Part shown: positions 29,166 to 39,539 of the stretch, in pieces
How positions within the stretch are numbered: the first letter of the stretch is position 1
Layout of the letters: each line of letters opens with the position of its first letter
Assembly (NCBI GenBank): GCA_963760795.1
Contig: CAVXEP010000004.1
Span: forward strand, 192,001-256,000
DNA from: an uncultured delta proteobacterium
GTDB taxonomy: Bacteria > Desulfobacterota > Binatia > UBA9968
DNA: 64,000 nt
Reading direction: 5' to 3'
The notes under the pieces: model-generated
Seen by the model: the letters and a program-made list of their open reading frames with translations, nothing else
What the model was told of the DNA's origin: nothing
The model's database searches: none
Program-made: the position numbers and the translations under genes

Positions 29166-30191
29166 ATGAGCCAAATCGAAAAAATACTCGGACCGAGTTT
29201 CGCCGCGGCGCGAACCTGGATCGCCGTGGCCCTGATAGGTTTGGCCTGCGCCGCTCCCGTGGGCGCGCAAGCCTTGCGCATCGCCTACACGTCGATCGCT
29301 GTGGTATACGGCCCGCTCTGGCTGACCAAGGAAGCCGGCATCTTCAAAAAATACAATATCGAGCCCGAGTTCATTTACATCGCCGGCGGACCGCCGTCGT
29401 TGCAAGCGCTCATCGCCGGCGACGTGGCGATCTCGTTTACCGCCGCCGGCGCCACGGTGGCGGCCAATCTCCAAGGCTCGGATGTAGTACTGCTCGGCGC
29501 GACCATCGACGCCTTGCCATTCGAACTGTGGTCCGTGCCGAGCATCAAAACCCCCGAACAACTGAGAGGCAGCAAACTCGGCGTCAGCCGCATCGGCGCA
29601 ACCACCGATTTCGTCGCTCGCTATTTGCTCAAGAAATGGAATTTGCAGCCGGACAAAGACGTGGCGATTTTTCAAACCGGCTCGGGGCCGCAAATCTTCG
29701 CCGCGATCAAAGGCGGCTCGGTGCAAAGCGGCGTGCTCTCCACCGGCCCCGAAACCATCAGCGCCGAAGCCTCGGGCTTCGTGCGCTTGGCCGATGTCTC
29801 CACATCCGGGCTGGTCTACCCCTTCGGCCCGTTCGCCGCGCGCCAAGCGTTTTTGAAGAGCCAGCCAGATTTGGTAACGCGCTTCATGAAAGCCTATGTC
29901 GAGGGCATTCACCGCTTTAAAACCGACAAGACGGCGGCCTTGGCGGTGCTGGAAAAGTATACCAAGCAAAAGACCACGCCGGCCGCGGAGAAAATCTACG
30001 AAATCTATGCCGGCAAATATTTTAAGCGCGCCCCCGAAGCCACCGCCGCGGGCATACAAACCATTATCGAAGAATTGTCCGCTTCGCGCGCCATCCCGCC
30101 CGGCACCACGCCGGCGCGTTTTGCCGAATCCCGCTTCATCCGCGAGCTGGTCAGCAGCGGCTTTATCGACGCGCTTTACAAGTCGCGTTAA
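29166..30191 (+). CDS. ABC substrate-binding protein, SsuA/NMT1-like
   Basis: PLWLTKEAGIFKKY, ALIAGDV, LRGSKLGVSRIGATTD, SGFIDALY. Confidence 0.88.
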   Translation: MSQIEKILGPSFAAARTWIAVALIGLACAAPVGAQALRIAYTSIAVVYGPLWLTKEAGIFKKYNIEPEFIYIAGGPPSLQALIAGDVAISFTAAGATVAANLQGSDVVLLGATIDALPFELWSVPSIKTPEQLRGSKLGVSRIGATTDFVARYLLKKWNLQPDKDVAIFQTGSGPQIFAAIKGGSVQSGVLSTGPETISAEASGFVRLADVSTSGLVYPFGPFAARQAFLKSQPDLVTRFMKAYVEGIHRFKTDKTAALAVLEKYTKQKTTPAAEKIYEIYAGKYFKRAPEATAAGIQTIIEELSASRAIPPGTTPARFAESRFIRELVSSGFIDALYKSR

Positions 30192-30220
30192 TTTCCCATC
30201 GGCAAAGGAGAAAGTTAGCG

Positions 30221-30844
30221 ATGAACACCATCCTGCAAAACCACGTGCCGCACAACACCGGCTGGGCCGGCGAAATGAAACAAGGCCAGGTGATTCGCAT
30301 CACGGCGACCACCACCGTAGATTTTGTTTTCTTCAAATTGCAAAACTTGATTGAACGTTTCGACCAGCCGCGCACCAAGGTTTACAACATGAAGCTGTTC
30401 ATCAGCACCGGCGACAAGCTCATGGGGCGCAACAACCAGCATATGATGACCATCGTCTACGACGGCAATCGAGTCGGCACCCATGATTTACAGAAAGGCA
30501 TGTGCAGCGGCTACCGCTTCAAGCTGGCGCAGCAGGAAAATCGCCTGGCGGAATATTACCCGCGCGATATCAAGGAAATCCCCGATCACGGCTGCTATGA
30601 GAACCTGTCGAAAGCGGTGGCATCCTACGGCATTATTCCAGAAGATATACCCAGCCCGTTCAACTTGAACCAGCATATGATCATCGACGGCAAAACCGGC
30701 AAGATGGAACATACTCAAGTGCGCCCGCCGGAAGGCAACTATATGGATCTGCGCGCCGAGATGGATTTACTGGTGGCGCTGAGCGCCTGTCCCGATCTCG
30801 CCGTCGGCGGTAAACCGGTCGACGTCATGATCTACGAGGAATAG
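30221..30844 (+). CDS. Urea carboxylase-associated family protein (DUF1989)
   Basis: GQVIRI, HDLQKGMCS, HGCYENL, DIPSPFN, LRAEMDLLVALSACP. Confidence 0.9.
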   Translation: MNTILQNHVPHNTGWAGEMKQGQVIRITATTTVDFVFFKLQNLIERFDQPRTKVYNMKLFISTGDKLMGRNNQHMMTIVYDGNRVGTHDLQKGMCSGYRFKLAQQENRLAEYYPRDIKEIPDHGCYENLSKAVASYGIIPEDIPSPFNLNQHMIIDGKTGKMEHTQVRPPEGNYMDLRAEMDLLVALSACPDLAVGGKPVDVMIYEE

Positions 30845-30849
30845 GACGG

Positions 30850-30924
30850 GGAGTGATGGAATAATGGAGTATTGGAGTGTTGGTCTTTCCCCATCACTCC
30901 AGTACTCCAACACTCCATTACTCC
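30850..30924. repeat. Family B 8-bp-periodic inverted repeat
   Basis: ggagtgatggaataatggagtattggagtgttgg ... ccatcactccagtactccaacactccattactcc. Confidence 0.85.
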
Positions 30925-30982
30925 TTTTTTCGTTAGCCCGAGCGTAAAGGAGAACCCCCCCATTGCTATCGTGATCGTCGCC

Positions 30983-31609
30983 ATGCCTTACGGCGTCTTG
31001 AATCCACAGCGGTTGTCGCAGGCCTCGCGGTCATGCGTGGAGCGCGCTCTCGACTGGTGGCAAAAGTCGATGCAAACCACCAAGCACAAGACCTATTTGG
31101 TCTTGGCTGGCTATGACGTTGACCACGGGCAGGAAATCAAACTGCGCCGGGAACTCGTCGACGGCAAACTGCAAGATCCGGAACTCATCGGCAATATCGT
31201 CGAGGTTAGCGCCAACAACGAGGTTGGTTTGACGCAGAAGATCAGCCGTATCCGCGCCCTCCTGCCGGTGGAGACCATCACCGTATTCGTCGAGTCGCGC
31301 AACGCCATCAGCGTCAAAGCTATTTTTAAACGCAAGTTCGGTAAAACCTTGCAGATTAGAAAATTCAAAGCCGATTTTGAATTCAACCACCAGTGGATCA
31401 CGACTTCGACCTCGATCGCCTGGTCGGCGCGCAACTGGTCTTTACGGCTCTGGTTCGAATTGAAGAAACGGATGGGGCGTGGACTGCGCAAGAAAATCCG
31501 CTACTGGTTCAGATCAGAAATCTGTCGGGGCGAAAAATACTTTCGCCCCAGACCAGATTATTTTAGTCACGCGACTTTCGAGATCTTGGCGTTCACCTCC
31601 GCCGAATAG
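30983..31609 (+). CDS. Hypothetical protein (start uncertain)
   Basis: Open frame with coding-like composition. The 5' part of ORF 30872 is repeat-derived, and the 3' end overlaps the convergent gene. Confidence 0.55.
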   Translation: MPYGVLNPQRLSQASRSCVERALDWWQKSMQTTKHKTYLVLAGYDVDHGQEIKLRRELVDGKLQDPELIGNIVEVSANNEVGLTQKISRIRALLPVETITVFVESRNAISVKAIFKRKFGKTLQIRKFKADFEFNHQWITTSTSIAWSARNWSLRLWFELKKRMGRGLRKKIRYWFRSEICRGEKYFRPRPDYFSHATFEILAFTSAE

Positions 31610-32424
31610 CCTTTCTCCAGCCACCAGTGGGCGATCTCACTGCCGGTCGCAAACCACACGCCTTTATGGGACTTCATGTGACCGATGATATCGGACAAGG
31701 TCTTGGCTCTCCCGGCGCGGCTCGAGATATAGGGGTGAAATTGAAACGGACAAAAGGTCGGCGCCAGGCTCGACTCTTCGTAGAACTGGTCGAACATCCC
31801 TTTCCAGATCGCTAAGGTATCGTTGGGGTTGCCGGAATCGCGATGGCCGTAGGCGCGGCCGTCGCCGAATGGCTGGCGCGGCAGCTCGACGAGCTTTTTC
31901 TTGCCGTTCTGCCAGACAAACGGCAGATCGTGGGAGAACGAATTGCTGTTCCACAGATAACCCTGCTCCATCAAGAGCTCGATGCTATTGGGACTCTGGG
32001 TACAGGAACGCCAGCCCACCGGCCGCTTCTGCGCCCGGTTGACTATCATGTCGGTGGTGCGCTTCATGACGTCGCGCTCTTCGTCTTTGGTGAGATCACG
32101 CGCCACCTCGTGATGATAGCCATGGCCCGCCATTTCATGGCCGGCGGCGATGATCGCCGTGACGGCGTCCGGATAGCGTTCGGCGATCCCACCGCAGGTG
32201 AGGAAAGTCGCCTTCACTTCGTGGGATGCGAGTATGCGCAGAATCCGATATATGCCGGTTTGGGGACCATATTCAGCCTGGGTATACTCCTCGTGGTTCA
32301 TCTTGCCGTTCTTGTCCGGCCGGACATCTTCGCCGCCTTGAAAGTCAAAGCTTAACAGCACCGCGATGCGGGCATCGCCGGGCCACTGAATCTTGCCGTT
32401 GCTGTGCAATTCTTGCAGTGTCAT
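31567..32424 (-). CDS. Polysaccharide deacetylase family protein (PuuE-like)
   Basis: WPGDARIAVLLSFD, EYGPQTG, GHEMAGHGYHH, RPVGWR, FHPYISSR, VWFATGSEIAHWW. Confidence 0.88.
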   Translation of the reverse strand: MTLQELHSNGKIQWPGDARIAVLLSFDFQGGEDVRPDKNGKMNHEEYTQAEYGPQTGIYRILRILASHEVKATFLTCGGIAERYPDAVTAIIAAGHEMAGHGYHHEVARDLTKDEERDVMKRTTDMIVNRAQKRPVGWRSCTQSPNSIELLMEQGYLWNSNSFSHDLPFVWQNGKKKLVELPRQPFGDGRAYGHRDSGNPNDTLAIWKGMFDQFYEESSLAPTFCPFQFHPYISSRAGRAKTLSDIIGHMKSHKGVWFATGSEIAHWWLEKGYSAEVNAKISKVA

Positions 32425-32628
32425 AAACCCCTCCTTGGTTAGAACAGTGATAATGGGTCGCCAAGCCGTTGAACCCGGCGACACTATCCTATTGATATTC
32501 CACTGCATTGACTCTTGCAAGTTAAATTCAGCCTGGGTCCCTAATCGCTCATCGCCGGTGTGGATTCACGTTGTAGGCGGCGACGAAAGATTGTATAGAA
32601 AGGGCCGGACGATAAACGGAGGCATCTC

Positions 32629-33843
32629 ATGGCAGAGGGAAAATTCAATGTCGGCGGCGTCATGCTTGACCGGCCGTTCAAGATTCGCCGGCTCGGTCAC
32701 TTTGGTTTCAATCTGAATAACATGGAAGATGGCATGCGCTTTTATCGGGATCTGCTTGGCTTTCGCGTTTCCGACATCATCGACCACGCAAGTCGCGCCA
32801 AGGGTTCGGAATTAGCCGGCATGGTTAACACCAAAAGTTATTTCACCCGCTACGGCACGGATCACCACGCCATGGTGCTTTTCAATCAGCGGGCGCGCGA
32901 GGCATTGGGGCGGCCCAGCCAAGCCGGAATGACGATCAATCAAATCACTTGGCAAGTTGGCAGTCTGGTAGAAGTGGGCAATGGCATCCGCTGGTTTAAC
33001 GAAAAAGGCGTCAAGCAACAGCGCTCGGGGCGCGATATGCCGGGCTCCAATTGGCACACCTACCTGTTCGACCCGGATGGCCATAGCAATGAACTCTATT
33101 ACGGCATCGAGCAAATCGGATGGAATGGCCACAGCAAACCGCGCAACATGTACAACATCGGCTTCGAGGAACCGCCGCCGCTACCACAAATATCCGAGTT
33201 TGAAGAAACCCAAAGAGCATTAAGCAATGGGGCTGACCTGCTTTCAGGCTTTCGCCATGTGGAGCCGCTACCTGAAACCTTCGACGTCGACGGAATTCTC
33301 CTGCCGCGCCCTTTCAAAATCGTGCGGCTTGGTCCGGTCTATCTTTTCGTTGCCGATATCGAGTCGGCAGAATTGTTTTATCGCGACGCCCTGGGCTTTA
33401 CATTGACCGAGGAAGTTCTCTGGCATGGTCACCGCTGCTTATTTTTCCGTTGCAACACGGAACATCATTCGTTAGCGTTGTTTCCTCTGGAGCTCAGGGA
33501 GGTTCTCGGTATGAGTAATCATTCGACCTCCGCCGCGCTGGGACTTCAGCTCGCCAACTATCGCCAACTCAGGGATGCGGTAAAATTTTTTCGCCAACAG
33601 GGGAGCGACGTGACAGAATCGATCCCGTCGGAACTTCATCCCGGCATCGAATACTCTGCTACCGTGCGCGACCCTGACGGGCATACGCTCCAACTCTATT
33701 ACGCGATGGAGCAAATCGGTTGGCAGGCCCAATCTCGATCCAAAGAATCGAGAAAGCCGCGAAAACTGAGCGAATGGCCCGAGGTTTTAGAAGCCGATCC
33801 GAATGCGTATCTAGGCGAGCCCTACCTAGGCCCATGGGGATAA
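32629..33843 (+). CDS. Two-domain VOC family / extradiol dioxygenase-like protein
   Basis: RPFKIRRLGHFG, TDHH, GRDMPGSNWHTYLFDPDGH; second domain RPFKIVRLG, CNTEHHS, DPDGH. Confidence 0.85.
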   Translation: MAEGKFNVGGVMLDRPFKIRRLGHFGFNLNNMEDGMRFYRDLLGFRVSDIIDHASRAKGSELAGMVNTKSYFTRYGTDHHAMVLFNQRAREALGRPSQAGMTINQITWQVGSLVEVGNGIRWFNEKGVKQQRSGRDMPGSNWHTYLFDPDGHSNELYYGIEQIGWNGHSKPRNMYNIGFEEPPPLPQISEFEETQRALSNGADLLSGFRHVEPLPETFDVDGILLPRPFKIVRLGPVYLFVADIESAELFYRDALGFTLTEEVLWHGHRCLFFRCNTEHHSLALFPLELREVLGMSNHSTSAALGLQLANYRQLRDAVKFFRQQGSDVTESIPSELHPGIEYSATVRDPDGHTLQLYYAMEQIGWQAQSRSKESRKPRKLSEWPEVLEADPNAYLGEPYLGPWG

Positions 33844-33910
33844 CCAAAAATGGCTCCCAATAGGGATCTCGCAAGTTCTTTTATATGAGCCACATCCGCG
33901 CATAGACGAG

Positions 33911-35014
33911 CTATCGAAGGCGTGAATAATGTTCGCCCTTCGACACTGCCGGCAAGCCCGAAACCATCTTTGTCCATTTGTCGCCCTCATCAGCGCTGAA
34001 CAACAGATCTCCGTCGGTGGTGGCGGCGAACAAAGACAAGGAATTGTCGCACACCTCCATTGCCATCGCCTCGATGTTGCCGCGCAGGCGGCCCGGCAGA
34101 CCGCTGTCCAATGGTTGCCAGTTTTTTCCGCCGTCCCGACTTCGCGCGATTGTCGAATCCGCGTCATGGGTGGTCCGCCACGCGCGCGGATTTTCTTTGG
34201 CGCCACCGGCAAACATCAATGAGGGCTGTTGCGGATGCATCAACAGAGCATCCGGATAGCCGATTCGCATTTGCGGCGTGGTGAGATGCTGCCAACTGTT
34301 GCCGCGATCCTGACTGGAACATATGCCGATGCCGCTGGAAATAAATATCCGGTCGGGTTCCGCGGGCCGAACTAAAACCCGGTGTATATCGTCTGAGAAT
34401 GCGCCTTCCGGCAGCGGGAACGGTATCTGTTCGTCGAAGCCGTGCAGTTCTTTCCAGGTTACCCCGGCGTCGTCGCTACTCAGGAGACCGCCCTGTTCAA
34501 TACACACGTAGATGTTGCGGCTGTTGTCGGGATTGAAAGCGATGTTCTTCACGTGACCGACATGGGGCGGCGCGGGAAAGGTCCATTTCGCTACACTGGG
34601 AACCGACCGCAGCGACTTGATCTCCTGCCAAGTCTCGCCGAGATCCTCGCTTGCAAATAGATGCGCCGGCTCCGTGCCCGCGAAAAGTTTGGTCTTACCG
34701 TCTATGACCGCGCTGCTGAGGCAGTAGACATCCGCCGCGGTGAGTCCTTGATCCTTCTTTTCCCAGGTCGCTCCGCCGTCTTTGCTGGCGTGGATGGAGC
34801 CCTTGTGGGCGCCGGCAAATACCCGGCCCGACGACGGCTCGATCAACAACGCATGAATGTGCAGTCCCGCCAAGACCTTGGCATGAACCCGCCAAGTGTC
34901 ATCGATGTTTCGTCGCAAGATGGTAACTCCATCCACCGTGCCAACGAGAATTTCGGACGCCGGTGACTGGGTTCGATAGGTGGTCGTCCCGCCGTGGGAA
35001 ATACAAATCGCCAT
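33911..35014 (-). CDS. BNR/Asp-box repeat beta-propeller protein
   Basis: Repeated SxDGGxTW boxes (SKDGGATW, SEDLGETW, SDDAGVTW, SRDGGKNW); AGTEPAHLF. Confidence 0.85.
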   Translation of the reverse strand: MAICISHGGTTTYRTQSPASEILVGTVDGVTILRRNIDDTWRVHAKVLAGLHIHALLIEPSSGRVFAGAHKGSIHASKDGGATWEKKDQGLTAADVYCLSSAVIDGKTKLFAGTEPAHLFASEDLGETWQEIKSLRSVPSVAKWTFPAPPHVGHVKNIAFNPDNSRNIYVCIEQGGLLSSDDAGVTWKELHGFDEQIPFPLPEGAFSDDIHRVLVRPAEPDRIFISSGIGICSSQDRGNSWQHLTTPQMRIGYPDALLMHPQQPSLMFAGGAKENPRAWRTTHDADSTIARSRDGGKNWQPLDSGLPGRLRGNIEAMAMEVCDNSLSLFAATTDGDLLFSADEGDKWTKMVSGLPAVSKGEHYSRLR

Positions 35015-35186
35015 GTTATTTTCCTTTCTTTCGGAATCAAGCCGCTTTTTTTGGTAAATTCGTTCCTGGAACTATGTTCATAAAGGCCCAAACATTTATT
35101 CTTTTCGCTCTCCCAATGATTTATTCAGCTTGGCTCGCGGCGAAATTTGGGCAAAGTCCCGCGATAAACTTACGCGCCACAGCGAC

Positions 35187-36281
35187 TCAAAGTAAGACAT
35201 GAATCGCCGGGCGCGGGATTTCCACGGTCACTTGCTGGCCGGCCTCGAAGGTCTCAGATTTGCCGGCCTCGCCGCGAACCTTGATCGAGTTCACGATCAC
35301 CTCGCACTGCACTCTGCCGCCCAGGAAAATTGCTTGTTCGACGACCCCCGGGAAACTGTTTTCGCCGGGCGACGAATTGACAGCGCGCAAAATAACATCT
35401 TCCGGACGAAACATGATCGTCAACTTTTGGCCCGCCGCTGACGCCATGGGAAGCGTGCACTGCAGCGTCCCCATCGTGGTCGTTACCGAGCCGCCGTTAC
35501 CATTATTAGCCGGAGCAACGATCGAACCCGTCAATATATTTGCGCTGCCGAGAAAATCGGCGACCACCTCGCTTTGCGGCCGGCCATAGACTTGCCGTGG
35601 CGTGCCGATCTGGAGGATCTTACCTCCTCCCATCACGGCAATGCGATCGCCCAAGATCAAAGCTTCCTCCTGATCGTGGGTCACGTAGAGCGAAGTCAGA
35701 TTCAATCGTTTGATCAACTGCCGGAGCTCGATGCGCATCTCGGCGCGCAATTTTGCATCCAGGTTGCTCAACGGCTCATCGAGGAGCAAGACCTTGGGCT
35801 CGTAGGCAAGCGCCCGCGCGAGAGCGACGCGCTGTTGTTGACCGCCGCTCAACAGCGGCGCCGGACGATCGGCAAACTCTTCCAAACCGACCAGGGACAG
35901 AGTTTTGAAAACGCGCTCTTTCACCGCGGATTTAGCGATCCGGAATCGCCCATGCAGCAACGGATAGGCGACATTCTCAAAAACCGAAAGGTGGGGCCAA
36001 ATGGCGTAAGACTGGAAAACCATACCCACGCCGCGTTGGTAGACGGGAACGGCGATCTGTCCATGCTCGCCGAACATCACCTGTTCGCCTAAGCGGATTT
36101 CTCCTTCGTCCGGCGTCTCCAGTCCGGCGACACAACGCAGCGTAGTCGTCTTGCCGCACCCTGACGGGCCGAGCAGCATAAACATTTCCCCGGCAGCAAT
36201 CTCGACGTCGATCCCGTCCACCGCGGTGATCCGGGCCCCGTCGCTCCAATAATATTTGCGCAAATTCTTAATTTGAATCAC
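35187..36281 (-). CDS. ABC transporter ATP-binding protein (FbpC/PotA-like, TOBE domain)
   Basis: GPSGCGKT, VFQSYAIWPH, LSGGQQQRV, LLDEPLSNLDAKLR. Confidence 0.93.
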   Translation of the reverse strand: MIQIKNLRKYYWSDGARITAVDGIDVEIAAGEMFMLLGPSGCGKTTTLRCVAGLETPDEGEIRLGEQVMFGEHGQIAVPVYQRGVGMVFQSYAIWPHLSVFENVAYPLLHGRFRIAKSAVKERVFKTLSLVGLEEFADRPAPLLSGGQQQRVALARALAYEPKVLLLDEPLSNLDAKLRAEMRIELRQLIKRLNLTSLYVTHDQEEALILGDRIAVMGGGKILQIGTPRQVYGRPQSEVVADFLGSANILTGSIVAPANNGNGGSVTTTMGTLQCTLPMASAAGQKLTIMFRPEDVILRAVNSSPGENSFPGVVEQAIFLGGRVQCEVIVNSIKVRGEAGKSETFEAGQQVTVEIPRPAIHVLL

Positions 36282-38023
36282 GCCCCGCCGCCTGGGCCGT
36301 CGCTGGTCGGCCGGATGTTGGTCTTCAATAAAAAAAACATCAGCGCGCCCATCACACCGACCATCGTCACCGCCGCGGCCGACGCTTTACCGACGCTGCC
36401 GCCGTCCCAGAGCTCCCAAATAGCCACCGAAAGCACCTGGTTGTGAGGTCCGGACAAAAAGAGCGCCATGGTCACTTCCTGGAAACTCAGCATCGCCGTC
36501 CAAAGAACCAAATAGATCAGTGACGGCTTGACCAGCGGACAGACGATGCGCCACATGATGGTCGCGTGCCGAGAGCCGCAGACCTGCGCGCTCTCCTCAA
36601 GTTCCGGATGGACCTGCGCCAATGCAGCGTTGGTGATGCGGGTGCCGAATGGAAGGCGATTGATGATGTGCGCGACAACAATAACGGCCAAAGTGCCGGA
36701 GAGCGGCAGCGCGGGAAAATAGACGGAAGCTAAAATACCGATCATCGCCAGGGCAAAAGCGAAGGCCAGCCCGGGAATCGCATGGGGCAACATGGCTAAA
36801 ACATCCACCCATTTGCGAAACCTTGCCCGCGATCGCACCACCACCCAGGAAATCATAAAACTATTGAAGCAAACCAAAAGGGCCACCGTGACCACCACCA
36901 CGGCGGTATTGCGAATTACCGCAAGCCCGCCGATGCTTTCCAGCAAACCGTGGTAATTGCGCAAGCTGATTTTACCCAATGCCTCAAGCGAGGGAAGCTG
37001 AAGAATGGGCAACAAGGAGCTCCACACCAGGACACAGATCGGCAATACCGCCGCCAGCAGGAGATAGACAACGACGAACGCCGAGGCCGCCCAGCGATAT
37101 TTTCCCAGGTCGAACTCGCGCGGGCGATAGGCTTTGCCGGTAATCACACGGTAGCGCTCGCTGCGCGCCAAGATGCGCAGATAGAAGTACAGAGCAGCCA
37201 AGCTCGGCAGCGCCAACAGCACGCCATAAACTCCGGCGGCACCGTAGGCGAAGCTTGCGGTGAGCGGGCCGCCCGGCCGCACGGCGTAAAAAATCTCCGA
37301 TGACAAGACCGGGACCTTGCCGCTCGCCGCGCCCAACAACGCCGGCACTTCGAACATGGAAACCGCGGTCATCGACGTATAGATAAGCGCGCCGAGGATG
37401 CCCGGCCAAACCAACGGGAAGCTCACCTTGAGCAGTGTCATCCAGGGGGTGAATCCGGCCACCGCCGCGGCCTCTTCCAATACCGGATCCAGAGTGCGCA
37501 TGGGCCCGGCGAGCAAGAAAAAAATCGCCGGTGTCAGGATCACGCCAACCACCCACGCGATGCCAAAGGGACTATTCTTCACGCTCAGCGGAATACTCTC
37601 GACACCGAGCAATCCGCTCAGGGTCAAATTGATCAGACCGATGCGCTCATCGAGCAAAAGGATCCAGCCCATCGCCAAAATGAACCCTGGAATGATGCCG
37701 ATGACTGCGATGAGGGTCACGAACGTGGTCCTGAGCGCGATTGTCGTGCGGTTGAGAAGCCACGCGAGCGGCAAAGCGAAGAACGTCGAGACCAAGATCG
37801 CGCCGAAACCGACAACTACGGTATTAGGTACTACCGTGATCCACAGTCGTTCACTCAGAATAAGTTTCCAGTGATTCAGAGTGAACCCCGGCGCGGTCGG
37901 TAAACCGGGCACGAAGGTCATATAGAGAATAAAGAGAACCAGAACGACGATGCCGGAAAGCGCCAGTGCCGAACACGCCAATGGTAAAGCGGCCCCCGTG
38001 CGATTGCTGTTAGGCCGTGTCAT
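36278..38023 (-). CDS. ABC transporter permease (FbpB-like, duplicated domain)
   Basis: Many TM helices; two EAA loops (LEEAAAVAG, LEESAQVCG). Confidence 0.92.
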   Translation of the reverse strand: MTRPNSNRTGAALPLACSALALSGIVVLVLFILYMTFVPGLPTAPGFTLNHWKLILSERLWITVVPNTVVVGFGAILVSTFFALPLAWLLNRTTIALRTTFVTLIAVIGIIPGFILAMGWILLLDERIGLINLTLSGLLGVESIPLSVKNSPFGIAWVVGVILTPAIFFLLAGPMRTLDPVLEEAAAVAGFTPWMTLLKVSFPLVWPGILGALIYTSMTAVSMFEVPALLGAASGKVPVLSSEIFYAVRPGGPLTASFAYGAAGVYGVLLALPSLAALYFYLRILARSERYRVITGKAYRPREFDLGKYRWAASAFVVVYLLLAAVLPICVLVWSSLLPILQLPSLEALGKISLRNYHGLLESIGGLAVIRNTAVVVVTVALLVCFNSFMISWVVVRSRARFRKWVDVLAMLPHAIPGLAFAFALAMIGILASVYFPALPLSGTLAVIVVAHIINRLPFGTRITNAALAQVHPELEESAQVCGSRHATIMWRIVCPLVKPSLIYLVLWTAMLSFQEVTMALFLSGPHNQVLSVAIWELWDGGSVGKASAAAVTMVGVMGALMFFLLKTNIRPTSDGPGGGA

Positions 38024-38060
38024 CAGTTATCAACGTCGGTGAAGACGGGGAGACCCGCGC

Positions 38061-39272
38061 TCATTCGCCCCTGATAGCGCGCGTCATTCCGTCCAGATAT
38101 TTTCGTCCTTCTTCGCTCTGATACCATTTCAGCAACTCGATGGTCTTATCGTTATCGAGAAACCCCACGACCTTGGCTTTGGCATTCTGGATGGCGAGTT
38201 GATGTTCCTTGTCGATCTTGCTTTCGCCATGGGGCACCGCGCTGAACTCGCTCGACTGCCAGATTGCCTGCGCCTCGGCGGTCGTGATCCAGAGCGCGAA
38301 TAGAGTGGCGGCGGCCGGATGGCGGGCGCCGGTTCGCACGCCGTAATAATTCGAGTTTCGTTCGTTGTAATCTTCGAAATATTTAAACGCGATCGGCGCC
38401 TTCGGATCTTGCGCCATGACTTGGCGGAAATACGCGTCCTGAGCCAGGGCAAAGGCAAACTCTCCCAGCGCCACGCGCTGCACGCCGGTGGTTTCAGGCA
38501 GCACTGCGGCGGTATTCCTGCCGGCGCGGCGCACCACGTCGAGCCACTTCTCCCTGTCGAAATTGCTGAGCACCGCGGGCGCGATCTCCCAATGAGCGGT
38601 CCAGGGCGGTTGGGTAAACTTGCCTTTGTACTTGGCGTCGGCCAGGTCGCTGTGATTCTTGGGAAGCTCCGCCTCGGAGATCAGCTTCGGGTTATAGACG
38701 ATCTGCTTCACATTGGAATTGATCAAGAACCCCGACTGCCGAAACGGTCCGCTGGAGATCTGCTCGCGCCGAACTTTTCCTGAAGCAATCACCGGATTGA
38801 TCTCGGCGATCAAAGTTTCCCAATTGTCGACCTTTTGAATTCCGCCCGCGCCGATCAACTGCATCACCTCGGCATCGTCGCCCTGAACCACATCGTAGGT
38901 CGCCGGCGCGCGCGCTTGGGTCTCGGCGATGGCGACGGGAAAGTGTTGCGCCGACCTCATGTTTGCGATCGTCACCTTGATATTCAAACCGAACCGCTTA
39001 TTGAAACTCTCGCCGAGCGGCTGCGCCAGAGCTTTGTTCCAGCTCGACTGCACGGTAGCGATAAGCTCGCCCTCTTGCCGGGCCTTCTGAACCAACTCGT
39101 CGAGCAGCGCTTTACCCTTCCCCGGAGCGACCGGAGTCGCAGCCATCGCAGCTGAAGGAACCAAGACATGTCGCGAACTACGATATCCGAGGCCGAAGGC
39201 AACACTTATCGCCGCCGTTAATAAAATGACTAGAACGATGAGCTTATCTATGTAATGACTCTTGCTTCGCAT
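38061..39272 (-). CDS. ABC extracellular solute-binding protein (Fe-type)
   Basis: ARQEGEL, IVYNPKL, DLADAKYKGK, VALGEF, ARHPAAATLF; first gene of the SBP-permease-ATPase operon. Confidence 0.85.
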   Translation of the reverse strand: MRSKSHYIDKLIVLVILLTAAISVAFGLGYRSSRHVLVPSAAMAATPVAPGKGKALLDELVQKARQEGELIATVQSSWNKALAQPLGESFNKRFGLNIKVTIANMRSAQHFPVAIAETQARAPATYDVVQGDDAEVMQLIGAGGIQKVDNWETLIAEINPVIASGKVRREQISSGPFRQSGFLINSNVKQIVYNPKLISEAELPKNHSDLADAKYKGKFTQPPWTAHWEIAPAVLSNFDREKWLDVVRRAGRNTAAVLPETTGVQRVALGEFAFALAQDAYFRQVMAQDPKAPIAFKYFEDYNERNSNYYGVRTGARHPAAATLFALWITTAEAQAIWQSSEFSAVPHGESKIDKEHQLAIQNAKAKVVGFLDNDKTIELLKWYQSEEGRKYLDGMTRAIRGE

Positions 39273-39539
39273 CTGGAATAGCCCCCTTCTCGTAGTGGTA
39301 GTGCCACGCTCGACTTCGAAAACATTTTCAGTCCTGCGCCATCATAACAACTCAGGTCGCCTCCATTGTTTGCGCGGGCGGCCTTCTATCAGACTCCGAA
39401 GCTCTCTTTCCCAGATCTTACGGAGTTATCCCGTAAAACCTGTAAAAAGCACCGATTAAATCTGTGGTCACTCAATAACGCGATGCAAGGGACGATATAA
39501 CACATTAATTTCTTTGACAAATAAATTATTTATTAATCA

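Noticed and set aside
30872-30982. N-terminal extension MECWSFPITPVLQHSITP of the hypothetical ORF, and ORF 17267-17746
   Set aside because: These are translations of the octamer repeat family, not protein sequence.
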